From Balanoglossus misakiensis (taxonomy: Eukaryota; Animalia; Hemichordata), in the NCBI GenBank assembly GCA_040954595.2, contig CM082592.2, positions 7,117,677 to 7,181,676 on the forward strand: a stretch of DNA of 64,000 nucleotides, in the 5' to 3' direction. The notes below the pieces were generated by a model. The model did not search any database and had not been told where the DNA came from. It worked only from the letters and a program-made list of their open reading frames with translations. Shown in pieces: positions 41,960 through 52,856 of this stretch. The position numbers and the translations under genes were made by a program. Positions within the stretch are counted from its first letter, which is position 1. Each line of letters starts with the position of its first letter.

Positions 41960-44869
41960 ATGGTGAGTGTAACGTGTATAATGTTATGATAAATTCTGGT
42001 GACTGTATGGATTCAATCATTGCTATGAACATGATCACTTTCCGGCCGGCAGAACAGTTGATTTCAATTAAAGGGACAGTTACTTGGAGGGGGGTTATGC
42101 GGATACTACTGCTAAAGGATGATGGTGTTTATGCTGGCAACAACAATCGCAAAAGAACTTGTTTTAATTGTTGTTGTTATTGTTGATGATCTTTGTTGTT
42201 GTTGTTGATATTGCTGCTTTTGTAACATACACATGGGATGCATCCATATTAGTAAAGCTAATGATACCTCTTTCCCTTTTCCTCTGACAGTTTGGTTTCA
42301 ATGTGTTTGAGAATGCTGGTCGCACATTTAAAACGCAGTACCGATGTTACTCGGTATCCATGTTGCCAGGCAACGAGAGGCAGGATGTGGAAAAGGGTGG
42401 CAAGAGTAAGTTCTTCAGTATTCTTTATTTCAAAAAAGGAGTTCTTGATGGTGTGACAGTGAGATGTCCTTGAGGTATTGCTATGGGGCCAAAAATGAGA
42501 AAGTTGATTTACATTATAAAATAAATATTTATATGATCTTTTTTTTGCAGTAATTATGCCACCATCAGCTTTGGATCAGTTATGTAAGTATGGAAATCTA
42601 ATCACAAATACATTGTGAAATGTTAATTAAATCAGCAAAGGTAATAATTGGATACCAGATCTAGAGCAGTTGCGTACTGTAACATTAATGTTTTGATCTA
42701 TTTGTTTCTACAGCCCGTCTGAATATTGTGTACCCAATGTTGTTCAAACTGACCAACAAGAAGACAGATCGTATGACACATTGTGGTGTCTTGGAGTTTG
42801 TGGCGGATGAAGGCAAAATCTATCTACCTTACTGGGTTTGTAATGAAATGTTGTTAGTCACTCTGTGTTTATGTAAAGATTCAAGATTCTTCTTGTTGAA
42901 ACAAATGCAGAAAGAAGACATTCTGGACTTATTTGGTAACTGTCATGTCTCAGAATAGAATAGGTCAAAACAGCGCCACCACAGTATAAACTTAAGTAAC
43001 CTGCTGTTTTTTTCTGGCATCAAATGACCACATATTGACATCAGTGAACAAAAGTTGTTCTCTTCAAAGTTTGTCCCACTCAATGCTTTACTGTTTATGC
43101 CTTTCAGATGATGCGTAACTTATTGCTAGAAGAAGGCGGTTTAGTTCAAGTTGAGAGTGCCACGTTACCAGTAGCAACATATTCTAAATTTCAACCGCAA
43201 TCAATAGATTTCCTGGACATAACTAATCCGAAGGCAGTGTATCCTTTCATTTCAATGGGATCATGTATTTCCATTTAAACTTTAAAGGGGAACCCTAAAT
43301 ATCAGTCAAATCTTGTCAATCCACAGGTTTTCTTTCTCAGTTGCCTTTCTGTTTTTCTCGGAGTCACCATCACAATACCCCTTTAGAGTAACATACTCTG
43401 TATACATCTCAGTAGTTAGTCTTCTTTCCTTGACATTGCTTTAGTTTAGAAAATGCCCTCCGAAGTTTTGCATGTCTGACAGCTAGCGATGTGATTGCTA
43501 TTAGGTATAACAAAAAGGTAAGTGCGCCCTTAAGTAATTTCCTTTTGAAAGTCAATACGTGTACCTCTTTCTTTCAAACTATTTTGCATGATTTTTGTGA
43601 AATATTGTGAGGAGCTATTAAGATCTTGTTTAAATTATTTTTGGCTTTTTTTGTGACAGGATTATGAATTACTGGTGCTAGAAACAAAGCCAGGAAAAGC
43701 TGTCTCCATCATAGAATGTGACATGAGTGTAAGTTCCATGGCCATTTAACATTATTTCAGATTTGTAGTGCTTTAGGAGAATATTCTTGCAAACAGTTGG
43801 AATTTCTTGGTGCCACTTTTGATTCCTACCCTACTTTTATTTGTTCATTCCCGTTAAATTCAGGTCGAGTTCACTTCAGCAGTGGGATACACCGAACCAT
43901 CACGTACGCAACAAGAAGAATCACAAGATTCTGAGGTAATGTCTCCCTATGTTAATAGAAGGATACGTAGTCCAATATAATCTGTCCATCTTTGGCTAAC
44001 TGTAGAGCAAAAGTCAACTTGCAGCATGTCCAATAAAAGTGCAACAGTACCTGTAAATAAATGATAAATGTCATGCGTAAAATTGTGACTGTTTTCTGGT
44101 TAGTAAGACATACCAGTGGATATTGGCAAAGAGTCATGTAACCATGGACGCATTTTTTCTTTACTTGCAACAGGACATGGCTGTAGACTCCACAGATTAC
44201 CAGGATACATCACTGTTTGTGGTAAGATTCAAAATACCAGATATTAATGTGTCTATTTAGTACCACCATAACATTGGATCACTGTGTGTGGTTTTTGCAA
44301 TGCTTTATGAGGCCTGATTTATCGTTTCAGCCATTCCATGGGTCAGGTCATAGGTTAGATGGCAAGAAAAAAGGAACAGAGGTCAAGTCATCACAAATGT
44401 TTGGCACGCAGTTGAAAAGGTAAGGTCCTTCAGTTGGGGAAAAGGTCAAAAGCGTAACAAAATTAAAATGTCATATTATGGCTTTTGTTATTATGGGAAG
44501 CATTTCTCTTAACTCTCTAATATAAATAACTGATCATCTTTTTTCAGGGGCATTCCAAACTATGATTACAAGAGAGGAAAAATAACGTTCATCAGAGCAC
44601 CAAAACCAGCTGAAAGGCCAGTGGAGGTAAGTCAAATTAGTTTTCAGACCACCCTTCATTGATTCCTCAAACATTGGGAAATGTCAGTTATCTTCTGTAG
44701 GAGTCTATGCTGTGTTTCAGCAGGTGTTCCAGTACATGTTTCTGGTAAATGTGATCTGATCAGGTAATTTCATCTCCCAATGCAGGATCCGGCCAGTGAA
44801 AGTAACTTCGAAGCATTTTCCGGAGAAGGCCAGACGTTGCGGCGGAAGGGAATAAAGGGAAAGCAGTAA
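41960..44869 (+). CDS. UFD1: Ubiquitin recognition factor in ERAD 1, multi-exon (the first coding exon is ATG only)
   Basis: ATG|gtgagt, then [38 protein letters not shown] / [11 protein letters not shown] / [35 protein letters not shown] / ITNPKAVLENALR / SHP-box [10 protein letters not shown] / [17 protein letters not shown]. Confidence 0.96.
43239..43444 (+). other. U12-type GT-AG intron in UFD1
   Basis: 5' splice site |GTATCCTTT within KAV/LENALR; branch TTCCTTGAC about 10 nt before TAG|. Confidence 0.92.
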
Positions 44870-46136
44870 ACTCCACAAATCCGAGTGTAAATTATAAATT
44901 ATAAATATCAAGGCTACTGACGAACTCGATGCCATATTTTTAGTTTTGTCTTCAGCGATAGTACAAAAACAGGACATTAGCATATCTCACATGTGATGGA
45001 ATCTTTGCAAATTTGAAACACCTTTGAAATATTCATGACCAACACGTGATCGCGCTATAGCCACCGTCCAACTCTTGAGAGAGAATCAGCTCATTTGCAT
45101 ACTGAGCTGTACCATATGGATTGGGCCAGTTCAGTGCTTTGCATTTTGTACTTCAGTTACACTTTTGATTTTCATGGAGCTTTACATCCAGAAAAAAATA
45201 CGATTTTCTTCTAAGATGCTTAACCAGCTCCCGATATATTTAACCCTCTTGGGCTTAAGATCCTATATATACAGGGTTAAATTTAGGTATGCTACCAGAA
45301 ATTCTGGTCTGAAACAGTAAATATACAGAAACTAGTTCATGTATTTAAAAGAACTGCGAGTCCAGTATGAATCGTGAGGTGGTGTCAATAAAAACAAAAC
45401 ATTGATGATTATACATTGGCTGATCGTCATTTGTGTCATAATTTCAGAGTGTGTAATGCCACGGCAAAATGTATGTTTACTTAAACTGTATATATTTATG
45501 GTTGACGGGAAATGAAATGTACAACCATATGGTGAAAGCATTTGATAAATAGGTCGTTGGTATCAGACGTAAATTGTAGTTTGTTGCATTCATACGCCAT
45601 ACATTATGTTGCTTCTGTTAATGATAAAAAAAGAGGAGAAATGAAACAATCAATTTTTTTTGTCTTCAGAAAGCTGACTACTAGTACTTTCAGCAATATG
45701 GAGTTTTGGCTGATACAAGACTTCTATGTAAATTAGTCCACACGTCAAAAATGAACCATATGGCAGAGTTCTCACTGAATTGACCTTTCAACAAATGCCA
45801 ACACAACGAATACATTGTGTAACAAATGGGCAGCACCAATTCATTAGACAACCTTCAAAATAGGAGTAACTCTACTGGAATGGATGTGCCATGCCACACA
45901 CAAGAATACAATAGATGATGGTAAAGAGGAAATTTATTTCGACTGACAAGAACTACAACTGAGCTAATCTATTAGGGCTACGTGAATAAAATAAATAAAA
46001 TTTATTCTGAATAAGTGTACCGATGATTGCATCCATTTCCTTATTATTATATTCAGGAAAAAAACACAGAAAATTTGCATCACATTTCAAATATTATATA
46101 CAGACATGGATTTCTTAACACAGACACCGACAATGT

Positions 46137-47922
46137 CTAAACCACTCCAAGCGATGGAAAAAGGTCTGTGAATGTGTCTTGCCAATCGTCACTCTCTGTG
46201 AGTGGGGATGCCGGAAAATCGTTCGATTCGGCATCGGATATCCCCGAGTCACTTGATCCTTCGTGCATGACGCTGTCAACGCCCAGCAAGTCTTTGAGAT
46301 CGCAGTCAAATCCGGCTGCGTTGTCATAAATGTCCGGGATATCCAGGAGAGCAGAGTCGGTGTCCATGGAAACCACAAGATCGGGCACGTGCATGTCTGG
46401 CTGCGGTGCTTCGTCGCATGCCGTAATAGATTGCTCAGGAGTACCGTTCTTGTCAGGAAACTGCACACTTTCCAACGGCTTTTTGTAATACTCGTGGTCG
46501 AATCGAATTAGTTCTTTAAGGGATTCCAGTTGGCTTGCTGTGGCCCCCACCACCTCAGGATCGGTTGAACTGCTGTTCTCGTCGCTGGGTTTGCAACTTG
46601 TGTTTGGGAAGTCTCCTTCTGTGAAGAATCCTTCTGGGTCAAGTTCTTGTAGCAACCCCAATAGGAACTCAGACTGCAAAAAGAAGTATGATGCACATTT
46701 AGTTTCAACTGTCACATCATTAGTAAACTGGAAAATACATTAGAAAAGCAAGCAGTCATTCGTAACAGCAAAAGTGATGCAAGTGTAAAATCCATTTTAA
46801 GCAAGATTGTCACTTCAGGCAACCAACTGAACGAGTTCAAAATCAATTTCATTTTCTGGGGTAAAGAACACATTTGCATGTCATCTGTCACCACCAGAAA
46901 ACTGGACCTCCATTACGGGTTACAAAAACCAGACACCAGGACGACTTTGAACGTCCAGACTGGCAGAGAAATACACCCAATGACTGACACTCACCTCAAT
47001 AGGACTAGCATTGTTATCCAGCTGGACAGATTCCGGATGTGCTCCTGCTGCTGAGGAACTGAGAGTACTGCGGACTCGCATCCTTCGGTGTCCAACTCGC
47101 ACACTGCTAAATCGTTTGAGTCTTTTTCCTGGAAAGGAGGAAACAAAACTAAGTTAATCTACAATAGCTGTAAATGTGCAAACGATATTTTATCCGTGGA
47201 GGACAAAATTGCATTATCCTTTGTTTTTGTTGTTCATTACAGAAATACAATTTCTAGTTTGCTAGTCACGGCCCTCGGCATTTACCTGTTTAATTTTTAC
47301 TGTTGATGTTTCCTGTAGCCTAAGCTGTGCCTTCAATCTTCTGTTTTCTTCGGCAAGTTCCAAACTCTGTTTTCGAAGCAATTCGTTCGTCTTCAAAAGT
47401 GCCTGGTTTTTCGATTCGGCATGAGCCAGTTTCAACTCCATGTCTCCCAAATGTGCCTTCTTCCTATCTCTTGCTGTTTGTGCTGCGACTCTGTTTTTCA
47501 ATTTCCTGGAAAATGATGCGGGGAAAAACAGTTTACTAAATAAACCTGAGTTTCCACTATGTTGTTGATCAACCACACAGCTATCTGCCCATTGTTATTG
47601 TCAATGTTACAATGGAAGGGCGTGTGTGCCTTTCATATCCACGGTGTTCCAGGCAAGTACTAGTATCTTCATTGATACATATACACAGACTTTCCATTCT
47701 TGCACCCAACTTCTAAGTAAATACAAAGAAAGTATGCTTTCCTCACCTTCTCATCAATTTCTCTTCGTTAGACAGATGTGTCAACCTCTGTCTTTTCCTG
47801 ACCGGCTGCCCACTTTCTCCACTCACATTCGTCGCCATATTGGTTGTTGTTGACAGTGGTACCAGTGTAGATCCCGGCGAAATTTTTCTCGCCGGCGTTA
47901 TAAAAATTGTCGTTGATGCCAT
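46137..47922 (-). CDS. XBP1: X-box binding protein 1 (bZIP); the spliced form XBP1s ends at 46137 and the unspliced form XBP1u ends at 46508
   Basis: MASTTIFITP...RKRQRLTHLSNEEKLMRR/KLKNRVAAQTARDRKKA bZIP. After IRE1 intron removal the frame reads ESAAGA...SEFLLGLLQELDP...ELIRFDHEYYK...WQDTFTDLFPSLGVV*. Confidence 0.96.
47051..47070 (-). other. IRE1-cleaved unconventional intron (20 nt) of XBP1
   Basis: mRNA sense GAGT-CCG^CAGT-ACTC and TCCT-CAG^CAGC-AGGA form two stems with 7-nt CNG'CNG loops. Removing 20 nt shifts the frame into the XBP1s activation domain. Confidence 0.93.
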
Positions 47923-48076
47923 AGTATCTTCCAAGGATTACCCAAATTCAATCCTTCGGTTTTTGGTCACCCACAGACAAATAAATGTAGCCGAAATCGG
48001 CCGCTAAAACGCTCTGCGTCTCTTATCACATACTACCTGATGATGTGGCGATGTTATAACTGCGACCGTCTGCAGT

Positions 48077-48095
48077 CGTGGCTATTTCTGATTGG
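48077..48095 (-). promoter_or_regulatory. ERSE (CCAAT-N9-CCACG) in the XBP1 promoter
   Basis: Minus strand CCAAT-CAGAAATAG-CCACG is an exact consensus match. TATA-like TATAAC at about 48053-48058, CRE TGACGTCA at 48112-48119. Confidence 0.85.
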
Positions 48096-48548
48096 CTGGC
48101 ATATTTAACAATGACGTCACATACACCATCGTTCATTGGTTGACAGTTCACACGATGCGGAGCTAGTTCATTAGCATGTTGTTTCGACTGACGCAAGATG
48201 CTCCACGTTAGCGGTTGGGACGTTTGTGGACCCAAAAATAGAAATGATTGTAAAAACCTCGTGACTATCGTGTTATCCCCGCGTGTTGCCGAAACGGCTG
48301 ATGCAACTGTATTGACAAAAACAGGCCAAAGCTATACACATACACATACAACAAAATTACAACACACATGAGGCATGGAAGTCACGAAAAACACCCGAAC
48401 TTTGGCCGAAGGTTCATCAAACGTAGTTCCAACCGGGATTTATTTGCTTATAATTTCCTCGAATCAAAGACTGAAACGTCTGTTTTTATTGGTTAGGCCT
48501 ATACTAGTAGTCATGCATACGAAAATGTCAAGTACTAGTACATGTATT

Positions 48549-48637
48549 TAGTCTCGGTTACCACTGGTTACCCAGACCCATCTGCTCTGGATGAGTGCCC
48601 AACGCAAGAAGCAGAGGAGTCTGGGTAACCGAGATTA
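48549..48637. mobile_element. Short palindromic element with TAGTCTCGGTTACC...GGTAACCGAGATTA termini (same family as 61314-61688)
   Basis: Terminal inverted repeats are shared with the 61.3-kb element; GTATT occurs directly on both flanks. Confidence 0.75.
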
Positions 48638-48947
48638 GTATTCGACTTCCTTTGTTTTTACATGGTGGAACATCTAAAACAGTAATTTCCCTCTTTTAGG
48701 CCTACCTCGAATCGCCGGAAATTTTATTACGGTGCATATTGTATAACAAAATAGCAAATTACCATTTTGAAGGGAATTGTGAGAGGGCTGGGCTCGTCCG
48801 TCAGTCCAGGTGATGGCAGAATCCACACGCATATGAAATAACTTCCAATACTTTTCCACGCGATCAATCAATTTATTCACATTAGCCTCACTACATTAAT
48901 GAAATCAGTGACGCTTTTTTTGTTCAATTTCCGCCAAAGTTCATCCA

Positions 48948-50935
48948 TTACGGTATTGGTCCATAGTTGGGCCATGTTTGGATTTCGTTGTACAGCATTT
49001 GTCCTGGGCACGAGGTGGCGTCGACGTCACGATGTCCCAACAGAATATAGTTTGTTCTGATCCAGTTGTTGGCCACGCCGCAGTCGATCAACTGTTGGCC
49101 AGCATTCAGTGCTTTCTCGTTAGGCTGGGGGGAAAAGTTGAAAGGTCGTTTATCATATGTTTGGTGAGATTTTGGGCAACTCATTTGAAGCATTCACTGT
49201 TTCATTCCCTCGGTAGTAAAATGCGCTTCAAAGTCAGTATTGATTTTTTTGCTCTAAATTGAGTCACCGATGTTAAAAATCACTTACCAGCACAGGGTCA
49301 AAATTACCGAGGTAGGAGATGGCGTGAGATATGCTGTTGTATCCAGATGTGTGTGCACCAACCACTCCCCAGCCACGCCCTTCGTACGCGTTACCATCTT
49401 CACCAACACAGAAACTATAGCCAATATCGTTCCACCCTACGTCGTATGCACAGAAGTATGGAATTGATGATTACAGTAAACTAGTATGTATGTATGTATG
49501 TATGTATGTATGTATGTATGTATGTATGTATGTATGTATGTATGTATGTATGTATGTATGTATGTATGTATGTATGTATGTATGTATGTATGTATGTATG
49601 TATGTATGTATGCATGCATGCATGCATGCATGCATGCATGCGTTTGTGTGTATGCGTGTTTGTGTGTATGCAAATCTGTTTGTTTGTCACTCACCTTGGC
49701 TGTCCATATGGTAGTTTTGGACTGAGCGCATTTCAGCACTGCATGCTCCAATATCATAGCACCTGTTGCCAACGGTATGGTGGATGAACTGATAGTCCAC
49801 TGGCGTTGGCATGTAGCTGACACTCCTCGCATCTCTGGCACCCCACTCTGCACGAGTTACGAGACGAACCAGTCCACAATACACCGCTGGACAGGAATGA
49901 GGTCAACCAGAAAAGGAAAATCACAAAATCGGTTAGTTTCACCGGAACCGTCTCTGCAAGGCAACCAAGGGCAGTTTTTTGCGTGGAAAAACATGTATGC
50001 CAGGTGTACTCACGCTCTCCGTTGGGCACACAGCATCTCCGGTCTGCAGGGCCAGAACAGAGTCCATTCTGGTAGGATCCATCAGTGCAAGGCAGAGTGT
50101 CATCCTGACATGTACCGCCCATGCTGGTGCAGGCCGAGTCGTCTGGAGTTGTGGAAGGGATGTAGACATTTCATGTTGGCAGTAAATGGTCAGTTGCGAG
50201 TTCAGTTTCAAACAAAACTTCGGAAGTTGTTGCCTTAACATCCACCATACAGTAGACCTTATCAATTCGCGCGAAGAATTAAACCAATTCAAACGTTGAC
50301 TAACCATCTTCGATAATATGTACGTCGTTCTTTCTTTTCGATCGCAAAGGCTATGTGATCATTCAGTTTGGACCGCACACAAATTTCTTACCTCCTGGCG
50401 GTACACAACACCTCCTGTTTGCGGGTCCGTCGCATAACCCGCTCTCATACCATCCATCGCAGTGTAGACCGTCATCCTGGCATGTTCCGCCTTTAGCAGT
50501 GCACTCGGTGTCGGCTACATCACATACAGTTGTATAAAACGGATTAATTTCCTCTCAGAGAATATTATAGGATCGTTTTTCTTTTTATCCAGAGACGGAA
50601 AAAATAGGTTGCATTAGCAATCCTGTATGTACCATATTAGACTATACAAAACATTCGTCCTGGATGGAAACGCGACTCATGCACCGACAACTGAACTTCT
50701 CCTGATCGGTAATACATACGGTAAGGTACTTTTGGCGGATTCACAACTTAATAACTAGATCCTAATTGTTGTCAATGGCTAAGGAGCAGATCAGGATTCT
50801 TGCCAAACACTGATCAAATACCCTGTGTATATTGTGATTATGGTGGAAATCTGACCACGAGTGATAAAGTGTGGAGCAATTTTTTTTACCGTACGCCGCG
50901 GCGACCAAACACAGGATGATAACGCTCGTCTTCAT
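48948..50935 (-). CDS. Secreted peptidoglycan recognition protein (amidase type) with two N-terminal six-Cys modules
   Basis: Signal peptide MKTSVIILCLVAAAYG; Cys-module exons 50514-50392 and 50142-50014. PGRP domain VTRAEWGA..FIHHT..VQNYHMD..WNDIGYSF..YEGRGW..GAHT..GHRD..TSCPG retains the Zn ligands His, His and Cys. Confidence 0.92.
49484..49640. repeat. (TATG)n microsatellite grading into (CATG)n, in a PGRP intron
   Basis: Directly visible in the sequence. Confidence 0.97.
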
Positions 50936-51652
50936 GGTTTCGTGCAGAAAATGGTGCAGGCTCTGCAATGAAGGGTGTACCAGTGATGTGTAGCCCCTAC
51001 AGGTAAGCCTATTACACCTCGAGGGGTTCCACTCATAAACGGGGATGTTGTATCTATATTACTAGATTCAGAAACACGGTTATTCATTCCACAATCACTA
51101 CACTTTGTGAAATGACTGTGTTCACCCGAAGGTATAGACAAGATCACCGTGTATAGCATTTCGTCAAACTTGTAAGGGTCATAGTTAAAAGACCGCCGAC
51201 ATCTTTGCAGCAACATATATTCGCCGGATGATTTGTCTGTTCTGACAAAGCGAAGCTGAATAGTCTGGGTTCCCCCCTGTTTAAACCTCCAGAAGTGGGA
51301 CTGTATCTAGACTTTACATAAGCACGTTTATTTCAATTGTATTACGTGGGAAATTAACAGCATGCTTGCCAATTACAGTTAGATTACGTAATCTTTTTGA
51401 CAATTTTATCAAAATATAGGTTGACGAAATGAAGACTTTGACAAGGCTGGTGGGAAGATCCAGGTCGGCTCGTAGGTTTGTGAGGTACCGATCAGCACCC
51501 TAAACGAAATATTTTCAAAATCAAGATTTCAAACAAAACTCATCGATTCACCAAGAAAGATTACTGTTACAGTATATTATCATTATTACAACGACGGTTA
51601 TTGTTGACTACCCATAGGCACATTCCCACAGGCAAAAGAGTAGGGCCACCCA

Positions 51653-52462
51653 CTACAGTTTTTTCTCAACCATTTCCTCGTATAAAGGCATACATTCATA
51701 GACACACTCTCTCAATTTCTGCGGTAGTTCTGTAAAATCGACGTCAGCGTCGGCCGATGGTTGGAAACAGGAGCTTTCTATGGCTTGTTTGAAAAGTATG
51801 TCGACGTCAGGCTTCATGGTCTCCGGAAAGTGGTCAATGTTTCCCGGCTCCCAATTCACGTAAGACTCGCTGAACGGCAGACCCGTCGCTTTACAGTATT
51901 TTTGCAAAGTCTCTCGCGGGGAATTGGCTAGATCGTCAGAGAGGACGACGATTGGGTGCTGCCCGAGTTCCTTGGTGACGTAATTATACAGGTCATATGT
52001 TGCTCTCAAATTAAACACACTTCTGCACACGGAAATCTTTGTATCTAGGTCAGCTGTGGGATAGAGGTTGTTGGCCAGCTCGAAGCACGAAAGCATTGAG
52101 ACTCCAGGATTGCGAACAATAAACGTGTGCACGTAACCCTTTGGGATATATCTATAATAATCTCTGCCCGCCATGAAGATATCTTTCACAAACACGGCCG
52201 CTGTACCAGGGTAGGATTTTTCTAACATCGTCCGAACGTCCACATACTTATATCCCGGAACAGGTGGTTGCTGCATCAGGAATTGTGGGCTGCACTGTCT
52301 TTCCTCGCCCCGGTAGTAGGCGATCACAAACGGCTCATGAATCACCCGAATCCGCTTGTCCGACGCTATTGCCATTTCAAACACTGTCGAGCGTGACCTG
52401 GTATGGCCCCACAAGATCACACGAGTCGACGGCACAGACAAATCTGAACTCGACATAGCCAT
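51653..52462 (-). CDS. Intronless sulfotransferase-like P-loop protein (Sulfotransfer_5 / BCAT-like N-terminal family), copy 1
   Basis: 269-aa ORF with RVILWGHTRSRSTVFE, IHEPF, VFVKD, HTFIVRNP, DLANSPRETLQKYC..GLPFSESYVNW and AIESSCF. Confidence 0.75.
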   Translation of the reverse strand: MAMSSSDLSVPSTRVILWGHTRSRSTVFEMAIASDKRIRVIHEPFVIAYYRGEERQCSPQFLMQQPPVPGYKYVDVRTMLEKSYPGTAAVFVKDIFMAGRDYYRYIPKGYVHTFIVRNPGVSMLSCFELANNLYPTADLDTKISVCRSVFNLRATYDLYNYVTKELGQHPIVVLSDDLANSPRETLQKYCKATGLPFSESYVNWEPGNIDHFPETMKPDVDILFKQAIESSCFQPSADADVDFTELPQKLRECVYECMPLYEEMVEKKL

Positions 52463-52856
52463 GGCTGAGATCGGTCTTCTATAGAACAGACTGAGTGCAG
52501 TTTACCCTACGACCTTGCGCGGGGGTACACGACCCTCATTTGGGTACAGGACTGGTGTACTCTGGACAGTTCAAACTACAAAGCACAAACTCTCTAGTTA
52601 CAGTTAAAAAGGAAGGGTCCAAAATTCTACCCTTTGACTCGACAGTTCCTTTGTTACAGCATAGGTGGCCCTCGAATGAAAATGTAAATGCGCAAATTTG
52701 TATAAAATGCAAATTGGCACTTCATCCAATATCCATACCACGTTTCATAAAATTGAGAGTAGTTATTTCAAAAATTATCACTAATAGAAAAGATTATATC
52801 AAATATGCGAATTAATGCGCCAACCAACTCAAACGACACCACATCTGCTACCATGG

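Noticed and set aside
49437-49787. YIHT and MYVC repeat ORFs
   Set aside because: These are translations of an intronic (TATG)n repeat.
51020-51280. kappaB-like motifs upstream of PGRP (GGGGTTCC, GGGTTCCCCC)
   Set aside because: They mismatch the GGGRNWYYCC consensus and cannot be distinguished from chance.
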